Shown: positions 8,963-20,566 of the stretch, piece by piece
How positions within the stretch are numbered: position 1 is the stretch's first letter
How the letters are laid out: every line of letters begins with the position of its first letter
NCBI GenBank assembly: GCA_965240325.2
Contig: OZ251226.1
Span: 310,001-374,000, forward strand
DNA length: 64,000 bases
Source: Rebecca billardiae RCC1528
Lineage: Eukaryota > Protista > Haptophyta
Reading direction: 5' to 3'
Translations under genes and position numbers: made by a program
The notes under the pieces: model-generated
What the model was told of the DNA's origin: nothing
The model's input: only the letters and a program-made list of their open reading frames with translations
The model's database searches: none

Positions 8963-11863
8963 ATGACGCTCGCTGAGCGCATCCGTGCGCGCATTGACCA
9001 AGGCCGCTCGATTATCACCCTCGGTCGCAGCTCCGGGGACATTGATTTGTCCGGCGAGCTCGCAGCGCACGTCAGCCAGGTGCACTCGCGGCTGCTGCGC
9101 ATCGATGGCGCGTGGCACGTGGAGGACATGAATAGTATGAACGGCACGCGCGTGAACGGGATTCGGCTCGGGCGGGCCGAGCTCATCCGCCTGCGCCCGG
9201 ACGACCGCGTCAGCCTGGTCGCCAAGGCCCCAGCCGAGGACGTCGACGTTGCCTTCGACGTGGCCCCAGCAGGCCTGGGCGCTGAGGGCGTGGGCGGGAG
9301 TGCGATGGCTTCGCACGCCGAGCTCGCCGCGTCCGCGCGCGAGCTGCGACGCCGCGTGCGCATTCTGCGTGAGGAGCAGCAGGCGCTGCGGCGGGCGGTG
9401 TGCTCCTCGCTCACGGCTCTCGCGGCCGAGGCCCGCGCCGATGCGGCGCGCTGCCATGGGCGCGGAGCGGCGGCAGCGGAGCCGAGCGGCCCCGTGGCCA
9501 GCGCGCTCGCCCTCGAAGACACGAGCGCACACGTCGACGACGGCGCCGGCCTGCCGCCCGCGGGCCCGGACTCGGACGCCACACCGGAGCAATGCGAGGA
9601 GGATGCATGCAGCGCGCGCCGGCCGCGCTCTGAGCCGCGCGAGCTGGGCGCGCCGGCACCGAAGCGGCCGAAGCATGGGTCGCCTCGCGCGGCGGCGGCG
9701 GCTGCGCCTGTTGAGCAGCCCGTGCCCTCGTCGTCCCGCGCTGGTCGCTCGCCGCTGAGTCAGCTCAAGAGCCGCCACCCGGCACCAGCTGGCACGCCGT
9801 GCACCAGCCCGCAGCCGGCTCCGGGCGCGCCGACGACCGTGCCTCGGGCCGGCGCGGCGGAGGGCGGCACCGAGAGCCGCGCGGACGGAGCAGCCGCCGC
9901 CCGCGAGGCTGAGGCCGGGGCCCTGGTCGCGTCTGGGCCCCGCGGGCAAGCGCGCGGCGGCTCGGACCTCGGCGCCGAGGCGGGGAGGCTGGCGCTCACT
10001 CGCGCGCACGGGCAGGCGTGCGGGGCGATGCCAGAGGCTGTGAGCGCGCTGGTGGGCAGTCAGCTCCGCCGTCTCTTCCACAAGCACGGCTACTTCGAGG
10101 GCATCGTAACGCACGCGTCCCTGCGCGACGGCAAGCCGGAGCACGACGAGGCCTCGTGGCTGCTCCACGTGCGCTGGAACGACGACGAGGAGGACACGGC
10201 CCCCGCGCAGGGCGTGCGCAAGTGGAAGGCCAACTATGAGAAATTCCACGCCCCCAAGACACGCTCTGCGGAGCGGGCGCCCGCGGAGGAGGCCGCGCAC
10301 GCGGCGCTGCACGCGAGCGCGGCCGCCGCGGCGGCACGCGGCACGCAGCGGTCGGACTCGCCGCTCGTGCTCGTGCGCGCCACGGTGGCCGAGGTGGAGA
10401 TCTCAGGAGGCCGCGGGCGTGGCCGCGGCCGCGGCCGCGGCCGCGGCCGCGGCCGCGGGCGTGGCCGCGGCCGCGGCCCGGACGGCGCGGCGCTCAACGC
10501 CACTGGATCGCAAGAGTCTCCGCGCGCGTGCACACCTGCCGCTGGCGGTGCACTCGCGCCCGTCGGCATGCGCGCCACGCGCAGCACGCCCACGGCGCAC
10601 TCCCCGGTCCGCTCTCGCGCGCCGTCCTCGCGCCCCACACCGGGCGCGTCTCCCGGTGGTGCGCTTGCGACCGCGGCGCCGCTCACGTTCGCGTGCTCGC
10701 CACGACGCGCGCAGCGGCTCAGCCAGCAGCCGAGCCAGCCGGCGCAGGACGACCGCTGCTCGCTGTGCCGCGAGTACGGGACACTCGTCCTGTGCGATGG
10801 CTGCCCGATGGCCTTTCACCCGAGCTGCATCGAGCAGCGCATTGAAGCGGGCGCGCTCGTGCGCACGCGCGCGCCGCACGCGGACACGCAGGGCGAGTGG
10901 CTGTGCCCGGCGTGCGAGGGCGAGGAGCCAGGGCTGGTCGCGGCGCTGCAGGACGTGCGCGTGCGCCTGCCGCCCTGGCGGGGCACGCCGTCCAAAGCGC
11001 ACGCCAGCTTGGACTCGGACGAGCACGGCCATCACGCCGCGGAGTGCCTGCACTCCACCGCGCAGCTCGGGGCGGGCGACGCGCAGAGGCTCGAGCTCTT
11101 TGTCGAGGTGGCCGCGGAGCTCATGCGCGCGCTCGAGCCTGCTGACGAGCGCGCGCGCGACGCGGCGGACGCGCGCGCCGTCAGCCGACACCCGGCGGAG
11201 CTGCTGCGCGGCGTCTACACCGAGTTCGCCCTGAGCTGGCTCAGCCGATGCGAGCCCGCGTTGCGCACGGCCGCGCCTGACGAGCTCGCAGCCCGCCTTG
11301 CATCTGAGCACGAGAACGTGGGCGGTGCCGAGCTGCCCTGGCTGGCCACGAAGCGCGCGCTGCGCGCCGACAACGCGCGGCTGCGCGATCAGACCGATGT
11401 GTACGACGAGGTGGCCGGCGGCGGCGGCGGCGGCGTCGGCACGCGTTCGCAGCCGCAGCTCGGCGGCGGCTCCCAAGCTCACAGCATCATGCACAGCGGC
11501 ATCATCGGGCACTCGCAGGACGCGGGCCTGTCGAGCCCGGCGCGCGTTCTCGCGGCGGGCCGCACGCCCGCAACGGCTCGCGAGAAGCCGCGCGACACCG
11601 CAGCCAACGAATCGCCCAGCCCCGAGCGCAACGGGCTCGGCCGAGTGCGGGACATGATCGGGAGCGCGGCGGCGTGCGGCTCGCACGGAGAGGACGCTGA
11701 GGACGCCGCGGACGGTGACGGCGGCCCGCCTGACCATGACGGCTCGGATCAGGGCCCGGACGGCTCCGCGTTGAGCGAGGAGTCGGAGTTGCCCTCGCTG
11801 TCGGCTGAGTCGAGCGATGACGACGACGGCGACAACAGCGACGATTCGGACTACGTGCAGTGA
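8963..11863 (+). CDS. FHA + Tudor-like + RG-repeat + PHD finger protein
   Basis: FHA (ITLGRS, VSQVHSRL, DMNSMNGTRVNG); Tudor-like (LRRLFHKHGYFEGIV...VRWNDDEED); about 11 GR dipeptides; PHD (CSLC...LCDGCPMAFHPSC...WLCPAC); acidic tail. The start is uncertain because CAG|ATG could be a splice acceptor. Confidence 0.85.
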   Translation: MTLAERIRARIDQGRSIITLGRSSGDIDLSGELAAHVSQVHSRLLRIDGAWHVEDMNSMNGTRVNGIRLGRAELIRLRPDDRVSLVAKAPAEDVDVAFDVAPAGLGAEGVGGSAMASHAELAASARELRRRVRILREEQQALRRAVCSSLTALAAEARADAARCHGRGAAAAEPSGPVASALALEDTSAHVDDGAGLPPAGPDSDATPEQCEEDACSARRPRSEPRELGAPAPKRPKHGSPRAAAAAAPVEQPVPSSSRAGRSPLSQLKSRHPAPAGTPCTSPQPAPGAPTTVPRAGAAEGGTESRADGAAAAREAEAGALVASGPRGQARGGSDLGAEAGRLALTRAHGQACGAMPEAVSALVGSQLRRLFHKHGYFEGIVTHASLRDGKPEHDEASWLLHVRWNDDEEDTAPAQGVRKWKANYEKFHAPKTRSAERAPAEEAAHAALHASAAAAAARGTQRSDSPLVLVRATVAEVEISGGRGRGRGRGRGRGRGRGRGRGRGPDGAALNATGSQESPRACTPAAGGALAPVGMRATRSTPTAHSPVRSRAPSSRPTPGASPGGALATAAPLTFACSPRRAQRLSQQPSQPAQDDRCSLCREYGTLVLCDGCPMAFHPSCIEQRIEAGALVRTRAPHADTQGEWLCPACEGEEPGLVAALQDVRVRLPPWRGTPSKAHASLDSDEHGHHAAECLHSTAQLGAGDAQRLELFVEVAAELMRALEPADERARDAADARAVSRHPAELLRGVYTEFALSWLSRCEPALRTAAPDELAARLASEHENVGGAELPWLATKRALRADNARLRDQTDVYDEVAGGGGGGVGTRSQPQLGGGSQAHSIMHSGIIGHSQDAGLSSPARVLAAGRTPATAREKPRDTAANESPSPERNGLGRVRDMIGSAAACGSHGEDAEDAADGDGGPPDHDGSDQGPDGSALSEESELPSLSAESSDDDDGDNSDDSDYVQ

Positions 11864-12434
11864 GTCGGGCTGCGGGAGACGAGGCAAGCCGACTAGGCGT
11901 TGCTTGGAGCAGCTGCCCCCACGTCATTGTGTGCGTGACGCCCCAGGCTACTGCTCCGTCCTCGGGCGATATGACATGGGCGCGCATACGAATTCCGACG
12001 CGCGATCGCGACGCAGCAACGTGTGCGTGACCACACTTCACAGCTCGCGCCTGAGCTGCGCACGTTTTATTTATCCTCGTCATTGCGCGTCATCATCATG
12101 AGCATGCCGGTGATGACGACTACATGGCGTCATCTGCATATCGACGGCGTCCCTCGTCGTCGCCATCAGCACAATCGGGGCCGCCATCCGCGTGCCCGCC
12201 GGGCCGCGCCGCCCGCGGCGCTGATGGCGGAGTGAGTGATGGCCGCGTCGTGATGCCGCGCGATCCGCGCGCCCGCGGCGCCGGTGCGGCCGGGGTCACT
12301 CGATCGAGTCGTCGAGCTACGATAACGAATATATAAGTACGAGCAGCATCAGTGTACCGGTAGCATCAGCAGCTTGTATATAGTCGTAGCAGTCGTCGCT
12401 GCGCGCGCTGCTACTCGTAGCTAAATAATTATAT

Positions 12435-12580
12435 GGCACACGGCCCCGCCCCGAAAGGTCTTCGGAGCGTGAGCGAAAGCCGGGGGGGGCGGCGCACGTG
12501 CTCCGCAAAATCAAAAAAGAGGATGCGCGCAGGATTTGGGGGATTTTTGTAGGTGGATTTAGGTGTGAACTCCGCATTAG
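12435..12580. mobile_element. Probable transposon terminus remnant
   Basis: Follows TA-rich sequence and starts GGC. It has GAAA mini-hairpins and A-run/G-run blocks compositionally like the R1 end at 63021. Confidence 0.3.
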
Positions 12581-12603
12581 ACATCGTCACGATATATCAT
12601 AAG

Positions 12604-12750
12604 TCGATCTCTCTGGCTCTCTGGCTCTCTCTCTCGGCTCTCTTTGACTCTCTGAGTCTCTCTCTGCGGCTCGGACTGGCTCTCCCTCTCTCTCTCGGAC
12701 GGAGAGCCGAGTGAGAGAGAGATCGAGAGGAGAGAGATCGAGTTCGAGAG
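12604..12750. repeat. CT-rich then GA-rich imperfect inverted repeat
   Basis: A (CT)n-like arm is followed by a (GA)n-like arm, with TCGATCTCTCT / AGAGAGATCGA ends. Confidence 0.55.
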
Positions 12751-12838
12751 ACTGGGCGGACGGGGCGATATTATTTATTTCGTCAGGGCGCTAGAGCTGG
12801 TGCCAGAGACCGGCGCCGAGTTTATTCGACTGCTGTTT

Positions 12839-15800
12839 TTATTGCTGGTTGGCTGCGAGAGCCTGCGCGAGCCGTAGTCGGAGGGCCATGGAGCTCGAGC
12901 TGCCGCTGCCCGGGCCCTGCGCGCTTCTCGAAGCGGCGGACGCGTGCGCGTGGCCATACTGGCCGAGCGCGGCGCCGCTGCTGGTGGGCGCACGCCCAGC
13001 CCTGGAGCCGGCCCCGACGCCACCTCCCGGACTCGCGCGGCCAACGGGCGCACCGCGAGCAGATGTGCGGCTGCCACCTCCCTGCCCGAACGCGTTGGAC
13101 CGCGGCGCCGAAGTGCCCCTTCCGCCGCCCCCGTGCCCATCCGCAGCGTCCGCCATCCGCGCGGCCGAGCCCGCGTCGGCACCATGGAAGCGGCGCAGGT
13201 GGTCGGAGTAGTCAGCGCCATCGCGCGCCGCGCCATCACGCGCCGCGCCGCCCCAGCGGGCGGCACTGCGACGCCCGTCCGCGCTGCCCGGCTCGCCACC
13301 GTCGCGCGGCTCGGCGCTGCCCGTAGAGAGCGCGTGGTACCGCAGCTGCTCCACCGGGTCCGCCGAGTCCGACTCGCCCTGCAGCCCATCAGGCCAGCGC
13401 TCGGCGCTGCTACCGCCCGCGTGCTCGCTGTCGCCCCCTGCCATGGAGGCAATCATCTGCTCCGTGAGCTCGGGCACGGGCATCTGCGGCTCGTCGGCGG
13501 AGCCCGCGCCGTCCAGCCCACCGTCCTCGTCCACGGACTCGTCCGCCGCCCCGCCGCCCGCATCCGCCGCGGCGAGGAGCTCCCCGCGCGAGGGAACCCC
13601 GGCCCCGCCGCCCCCGCCCGTGCGGTTGACCCACGTGCCGTTCACCCGGGTCACGTTCGCACGGTGGAGCCACAGGCCGTCGGGTCCTGGCGGGGCCGCG
13701 GGCGCGGGGCGCACAGACGGGCAGGTGCGCGCGCGCGGGCGCACCGCGGGCGCGGGTCGGCGCGGGTGAGCGGGCGTGCGAGGGCGCACGCGGCACCGCG
13801 CGGCCGGCGCGGCGCGGCTGAGGCGCGCCTGCGGCGACACGCGCGCGCGCGCCTCCTCGGCCGCGCGGCGCGGGCGCTCGCGGCCCGCGTGGCGTGCACG
13901 GCGTGACGCGCGCGCGCGCGCGCGCGCCCGCTCGGCCGGCCGCACCTGTCTTGAGGAACCAGCGCCACAGCTTGCGCTTGGTCGCGCGGTACGCGTGCAG
14001 AATGGCCGGGTAGCCGCGCTGCGCGGGCCGCAGCTGGTTCATGAACGCGCCCGAGTTCTGCATGAAGAAGCACTGCCGCCGCAGCCGCTTCTTGACCTGG
14101 GCGATGGACTGCGCGCGGGCACAGCGCGCGCGGCGCGGGGCAGCCGGCGCAGCAGGCCGGCGCGCGGAACGGCGCGCGCCGAGCGCCGGGCAGGGCGGCG
14201 TGAGCGCGGATGGCGGCGCGCGGCCTGCTCGCCTGCTCAGCTCGCGCGCGCGCGGCCTCGCCGCCTCCGTGCACACGCCGCCTGCCCTCGCGAGCCACCG
14301 CCCCAGTGCGCGCGCACACCTTGGCATTGAGCAGCCTGCAAGTGTCACAGCCGTAGTTTTTCACGTACTGCCCGTGCGCGTGCGCGGCGCAGTAGCTGAT
14401 CATCCAGTCGCTCTGCATGCAGTTCCACTGCAGCGCCGAGATACAGCGCGAGATTGCCATCTTGTCGACGAGCGCGCGCGAGAGGACGGAGCCGCCGCCG
14501 CCGCACGCAAACGAGGCGCCGGGCTGGCGCACGAAGTCGCCTGCGCGGGCGGCGGCGGGAAGGTTGGGGCGGCGCGGGCGCAGCGCGGCGGCAGCCGGAG
14601 GGGCGGGGCAGGGCTCAGCGGGGCCAAGCGCGGCGCGCAGCGGGCGCATGCTCGCGTGAGCGCGCGTGCGCGAGCCTCGCGGGCTCACGCCCCGCACACG
14701 GCAGTCTCAGCCGCGCCCGCCGCCCGCCCGCGCTCGTGCAGCCGGCTCGCTCGCCCCACCGCGCCGCCCGGCGCACCGCGCTCCGCAGCGCACCCGGCCG
14801 CACGGCCGGGCGGCGCACGGGCGCGCACCGAGGTAGAGCGGCACCTGGTGCGGAAATCGCTTCAGCAGGTCGAGCAGGTTCGAGGTGAAGACCCAGCTGT
14901 CGTCATCCACGATCAGCACCCACTTGATCTGCCCCGAGGCGAACTCGGCCGACGCCTTGACGGCGGCGAGCGCGGGCAGGAAGCGGTACTGCGCGCGCAG
15001 CGTAGCCTGCACGCGGCGCCGAGTGCGGCGAGCCGTGCGCGCACATGGGAACGGCGCGGGCGCGGCGCGCACCCGGCGCCGGCGCGGCCGCAACGCGGGC
15101 GCACGGCACGGTCGGACATGGCACAGGTCAGCGGGCGCGCGCAGCCGCCGGCGCCGCCACCACCCGAGCACCGCCCCGCGCCCGCCGGCGGGAGCGAGCA
15201 GCGAGCAGCCGGGCGCTCGCGCCCAGCCGCCCAGCGAGCGACGCGCCACGGGCGGAGCGCGCGCGCACGCACCTGCCGATGCTCGTTGCAGAAGAACGGG
15301 TCGCGCTTGCAGCAGTGCTTCGGCCGGTGGTTGGGCGAGACCTCGATCGTCTCGAGACACCCGCCACCCTGCGCGCGCGCGCGCGCGGCGTGCCGCCTGC
15401 CGCCTGAGCCACGAGCGGTCGCCCGGGGCGGAGAGCAGGGCAACAGCTGCACGCGCTGGGGCTGCCCTCCGCGCGCGGCGCCGCACTGCGCGTGCGCGCC
15501 ACACCTCGCTGTCACAGATGGGCTTGTCTGCGACGTAGATGCAGCGCGACGCGTTGTACGAGCACCACGTCTTCGAGGCCCACAGCGCGCGCTGCGGCAG
15601 CGCGTTCGACGACATCACGATGAACAGGATTTCATCCAGGCCGAGCGAGAAGCTGCCGTGGCCGTCATGTTTGTGCTTCACGAATGTGGGCGAGTAGCCC
15701 GGCACGAGCCGTCGACCGTGGGCGCGGGTGGAGGAGCGGGGAAACGGCGCGGCGTCGAACTCGCGCGGCCCTGGAGGCAGCCTGCGCGATCCGCCGCGCG

Positions 15801-16029
15801 CGGGCAGAGGCGCTCGGTCACGGGCGGCGCGCTCGCTGCGGCCGCACCACGCGCAGCGCGTGCGCTTGCGCACGCCAGGCGGTCGCGCTCACGTCGCTGG
15901 CGCGCCGGTGCAGTTGGTGGCATCCGGGTAGCTCCCAATAGGCGCGTGCTCGCACGCGTCTCGTCGGCCTGCTGACGCCAGCTGCAGCGCGAGCAGCAGA
16001 GCGCCCGGCATCGCGCGCTGCCGCGCCAT
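12839..16029 (-). CDS. Fringe-like / GT31 beta-1,3-glycosyltransferase (multi-exon, signal peptide)
   Basis: Exon pieces MARQRAMPGALLLALQLASA, ILFIVMSS...SKTWC, KWVLIVDDDSWVFTSNLLDLLKRF...PLYL, FACGGGGSVLSRALV and QSDWMISYCA. These carry the GT31 DDD and GGGG motifs. Exon boundaries are only partly resolved. Confidence 0.8.
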
Positions 16030-16247
16030 GCTGAAAGCTCGCGTGCGGCGGCCGGATGCTCAGCTGGTTGCGACGGCGAGATCGGTCCGGAGATACAACA
16101 CTGAACACTGTGCAGTATCGATCCGCCGCCATCGTTCTGTTACGAGTGTTGACGACGATCAATCAGAGACTGAAGAGTGGAGCTTGAGTGCTTTGCCCCG
16201 AGCCGGAAGGGCGTGGCGCTGACCAAGGGAAGCGTCGCTTGTGCGCC

Positions 16248-16973
16248 ATGGCGACACGCACGCTATGGGCGACAAACCACTCCTCCATGAACGAGCACGA
16301 AATGCGCTTTGTGCGCAAGGTGCACACCAACGAGATCTTCCACGCGCACCTCGCCGGCCAGCTCGCTGCCAAGCGCGAGGAGTCGCTGCGCAACCTGGGC
16401 GGCCGGCTCCCGCCACACCCGACAGTGGCGTCATCTCGGCGGGAAAAGAGCTGGATTCGCGACACCAAGGTGCGGTACTACGACTTTCCGATCCCGGCGG
16501 ACGACGCGGCGAAGGGCGGCGAGACCCCTGCGGCCGCTCCGGCTTCGGACGCCCCGGCGCCCGCCGAGCAGCAGGCCACGACGACAAGGAGAAGGCGCGA
16601 GCTGCCTGTTCGCGGGCCGAACCCGCCGACGTACTGGATCCCGCAGTCGCGCAAGCCAGCGCGCGGCACGCTCACCAGCTCAGAGGTGGGTGCCCACACT
16701 GACCTGTACGACGGGCTGTACCGCCAGGTCACTCTCAGCCCCAACCTGTGGAGCACCGAGGGGCAGCACGCGCTGCGCACGCTGCGCAAGCACGGTGAGG
16801 GGCTCGCGCCCGTCCCCCATGTCTCCGTCGAGGCATGCAGCGTGCCTGGCTACTCGTCGCCATATCGTGGCGAGCTCGCGCACCGACCGCAGCTCGTCTC
16901 CTCGGAGATCGGCGCCTTCTGGCACGACGACAAGCTGGGCAAGCTCATCGCAGACGCCAACAGGCGCTTCTGA
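16248..16973 (+). CDS. Hypothetical protein (two S-S-E-[VI]-G-A motifs; possibly flagellar)
   Basis: Clean ORF with coding-like codon bias, divergent from the GT31 gene. Confidence 0.65.
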   Translation: MATRTLWATNHSSMNEHEMRFVRKVHTNEIFHAHLAGQLAAKREESLRNLGGRLPPHPTVASSRREKSWIRDTKVRYYDFPIPADDAAKGGETPAAAPASDAPAPAEQQATTTRRRRELPVRGPNPPTYWIPQSRKPARGTLTSSEVGAHTDLYDGLYRQVTLSPNLWSTEGQHALRTLRKHGEGLAPVPHVSVEACSVPGYSSPYRGELAHRPQLVSSEIGAFWHDDKLGKLIADANRRF

Positions 16974-17509
16974 GCATTCCGAATCGATTCAGCCCCTCGA
17001 CGCGTGCGTCGCGTGGCCGCGGCTCGCGAAAGTGGCGTGCGTAGTCGCTGGCTGCTGTGCGGCTGCGGTGTCCGTGCGCCGTGCTGGTCTCCATGGTGCC
17101 AAGCGTCGGAGTCACGGCTTCGGACGCAGCCGCCTAGCGCAGCCCGGTAGGACCGGGCAGAGGCGCGTGCGTGACTCGGCCAGCACCTTACTCTTAGCGT
17201 CGGTGGCGGCGCGGCGAGTATGACGATGTCTCCAGGGTGTCAACTGACGAATGACGGGGCAGACTCCCGGTGGCCGGTCCGACTCCTAAGACCGGCGGGG
17301 CGACTGCTGCCGCGACGCTGTCGCACTGTCACTGACGACTGAGTGTCAGGGCTCCTCACTGTAGTCCTGTACCAATTCTATAAGCGCATGATGATACGAT
17401 GATTTTTTAATTGCGGCCCTCGCCCCTCGCTCGTCGGCCAACGCGCACGACACGTTGCGCGGCACTCTTGAGTTCGCCGACGGCGCGCGCGCGACTCCAG
17501 GGCGACGCG

Positions 17510-18675
17510 ATGAGCGACCTGACAGAATACGAGCGCCAGCGGCTGGAGCACATCCGACGCAACCACGAGATGCTGGTGCGGCTCGGGCTTGTCAATGTCA
17601 AACCCGACCGCGCCACGGAGCCCACCAAGGGCCCGCCCGCCCAGCGCCGGAAGACGGTCAAGGAGATTGCGCCAGAGACGCTGCGGCGCAGCGCGCGCGT
17701 GCGGGGTGCGACGCCAGACTACACGAAGGAGGTGATCGACACGTTCGGGGATGAGCTTGAACGCCGCTGCGAGCCAGGCGCGAAGCGCAAGCGTGGCCGT
17801 GTCTTCGCCGACGAGCCCAGCGATGACGACGCTGACAGCGGCGATCTCGTGCGTGGCGAGATCCTCGAGAGCACGACCGCGTTCCTGCGCGAAGCGCGCG
17901 AGGCCCTTCTCCAGTTCGTGTCGTCCGAGTCCGGAGAGGCACCCGTCGATGCGCGCGGCTGGCGCGCCGAGGCCGTGCGCCGCTGGGGAGACCTCGCCGG
18001 CGGTGGGCAGACGGCAGAGCGCGACTGGGAGCAGTACGTGCGCTCGCGCATGTCGACGCCGCCACCGCCGAGCCCACACGACCTGCTGCAGGAGTACTAC
18101 GCGCACGACGTATGGCAGCTGCTGTGTGTGTGCGTGCTCATGTCGCGCGTGAGCTCGTGGGACACCAAGCACAGGTGCGCCCGCTCACGCGCCACAGCTG
18201 CAGAGCGCTCTTGCAGCAGCAGAGCAGCAAGGACTCACGTGCGCTCGCTGGCTGCCCCTGTGCCCGCGTGCGTCGGCCCACCGGCGCGGCCAGGTGCATC
18301 TCCGCATTTTTCGGCGCGTACGCCACGCCGTCCGACTTCTTCGAGCGCGTTGTCAACGGCGGTGAGACCGTGGCCCTGCGCGAGCGCATCAACTCGCTCG
18401 GTCTCTTTGACGACCGCCTCAAGTCGCTGACCGCGATCACACGTGCGTTCCTGCTCGGCGCGGATGCGTTCGAGGTGGGGCTGGCGCCGCCTCACAAGGT
18501 GCACGGCGTGGGGAAATTCGGCGTGCACTCGTTTCTGATCTTCTGCCGCGATCAAGGCGCCACGCTCAAGGCCGAGGACGCCGCCCTGACCACCTTTTGC
18601 AACTGGCGGCGGAAGGCGTCGCGTGCAGCATCAGCTTCTGAGGCCGCGCCCGCGGCGAACCGTGTCAATGATTGA
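17510..18675 (+). CDS. MBD4-like HhH-GPD DNA glycosylase (intron 18175-18293)
   Basis: DLLQEYYAHDVWQLLCVCVLMSR|CISAFF...INSLGLFDDR...VHGVGKFGVHSFLIFC matches the MBD4 glycosylase core. N-terminal YERQRLEHIRRN helix; no MBD seen. Confidence 0.8.
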
Positions 18676-19539
18676 TTTATTATTATAAAACGATGCCCCA
18701 TCATCATCACCGCCCACATCGCGGTGATCTACCACGCATCGTCAGCCTGAATTTCGTCGGCGCGCCGTAAGGCGCTGTCGCGGTCTCGCGCGCGGTCGTA
18801 AGTATTTATAATAAATATATAATCAGATTATTCGTCAGATGCCACTGATTAATAGTGACGAATACTGTCTACTGATGCAGCCGCGTACGGCGTGGCCGTG
18901 CGCCCGTGCCGGGCTGCGTCGGACCAGGTACAGTGACAGCAGTATCGTCGTGTCGTGGTTAAAATTATTTAATAATATTATTTACAGTAAGATTTTAGAA
19001 CTACCGTGTTGCATTGTCCTTACTCCTTAGGCTTAGTGTAGCTAGGATCATCGAGTTTATCGAATATCGGCCACGAGTATCATACTAATTCTATGGGGCG
19101 CAGCTCTCCTGATTCGTCTAGGCACGAGGGCGCAGCTCTACTCCTGAATACTGCACTAGTCCGTTCCGCCTATATTGAGATTTACCGAATTATACTATGA
19201 CGAATTAATAATATTTTAAATAGAACTCATTAGCGCGACTCTGAGTGAGAGTGAGAGCGACTCTCGCGCTAGTGACCTAGTCAGACTTCACTTAGTCAGA
19301 CGAGATGACATTATCATAAATAATAGATTATTATTTAATAGTTATAATAATAAATAAACTTTATTATTATAATTATTATAAGTATTATAACTAGCGCTAT
19401 AACTATATTTATAATAGGCTAGTAAGAGCCGTCCGCCGAAGAGATCATCACTAGACAGAGTGCCGTGCCGGGGCCGCGCCGCCTGCGCACTCCGAGTCAA
19501 TTAATGCTGCTGTTGCCAGTGTCAGCTTGACAGCCGATC

Positions 19540-20127
19540 TCAGACGCGATCAGGCAACTCCGCCTCCGGACGCTTGGTGATTTGAAAGTGCGGCCCGATG
19601 CCGGGGACATCGAACTTATCGCTCGAGAGCTCCCAGCCCTGCTTTTCGTAGAAGGGGACGGCGACTTCACGGGCGTTGGCAAAGAGAAGTCTACCGGGTG
19701 TCGCCTTCGCAAGGCTCTCCTCAGCAAACGCTAGCAGCCGTGAGCCAACGCCGCGGCGGATGTAGTCCGGATGTGTCGCCATGCCGCGCAGCTGCCACTG
19801 CGGATCACCCGGCTTGCCCTTGAGCAGGACAGTCGCACAGCCGATAGCCTCGCGATTCTGCAGGAACGCACCAAAGTGAAGAGTGGTCGAGTGCCTGTCC
19901 TCGTCGTAGGCGGCGGCTGACAGCTCAAGACCGGGTCGTAGGACGTCGCGCCGTAGGCGGATGATCTCGTCGACTGGCGCGTTCCGGAGCGTAACGATCT
20001 TTCCATCAAGCACGAACGTCACACCCGCCGCATCGCTTGCTGGCGCGCCGATGTCACCCTGCATGACGACGCGGTCGCACGCGATGGCGGAGAACAGCGC
20101 GCCGAGCCCGCGACACCCAAGCCTCAT
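19540..20127 (-). CDS. GNAT-family N-acetyltransferase (YitI/ElaA-like), intronless
   Basis: LRRDVLRPG, QLRGMATHPDYIRRGVGSRLL (motif A), NAREVAVPFYEKQGW and GIGPH. Start ATG at 20127 or 20064. Confidence 0.85.
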   Translation of the reverse strand: MRLGCRGLGALFSAIACDRVVMQGDIGAPASDAAGVTFVLDGKIVTLRNAPVDEIIRLRRDVLRPGLELSAAAYDEDRHSTTLHFGAFLQNREAIGCATVLLKGKPGDPQWQLRGMATHPDYIRRGVGSRLLAFAEESLAKATPGRLLFANAREVAVPFYEKQGWELSSDKFDVPGIGPHFQITKRPEAELPDRV

Positions 20128-20157
20128 CAACCGCGGTTTCACTTTTTTATTGCACTG

Positions 20158-20400
20158 TTACATCCTGTCGGCGCGCTGTCGCATCGGCGCCCAGTCGGAG
20201 AGCCGAGACTCAAGAGGTCGGACGACGCGACGTTTCGGTGGACTACGGTGGGGCGAGGACGACGGGCGCTGGCGCGCCGCGCCCGGCGGCCGCAGCCCTC
20301 ATCCAGGCCTCGCAGGGCGGACGGATCGGAACGGATCAATTCCGACGGCGCTACCATCTCAATCTGTCCATCGGCGACGACAGTTGTCAGCGGGCGTCAA
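20158..20400. mobile_element. Subterminal fragment of TIR family B
   Basis: Homologous to 61203-61420 (CATCCTGTCGGCG...GGGCGAGGACGACGGGCGCTGG...GACAGTTG...GCGGGCGTC). Confidence 0.75.
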
Positions 20401-20566
20401 GTGACAATCACACCGTATCACGACAATAATCTCGCCCGTGCCTTATCAAGCTTATAATGTCTTAAATTAATATGACGTGTCTGTGTCATCTCTTATAATT
20501 CTTACTAGCTTAGACTGCTTAGTTTACACAAACTGTACAGCAGCTAATTTATACTATGTCGTTTTG

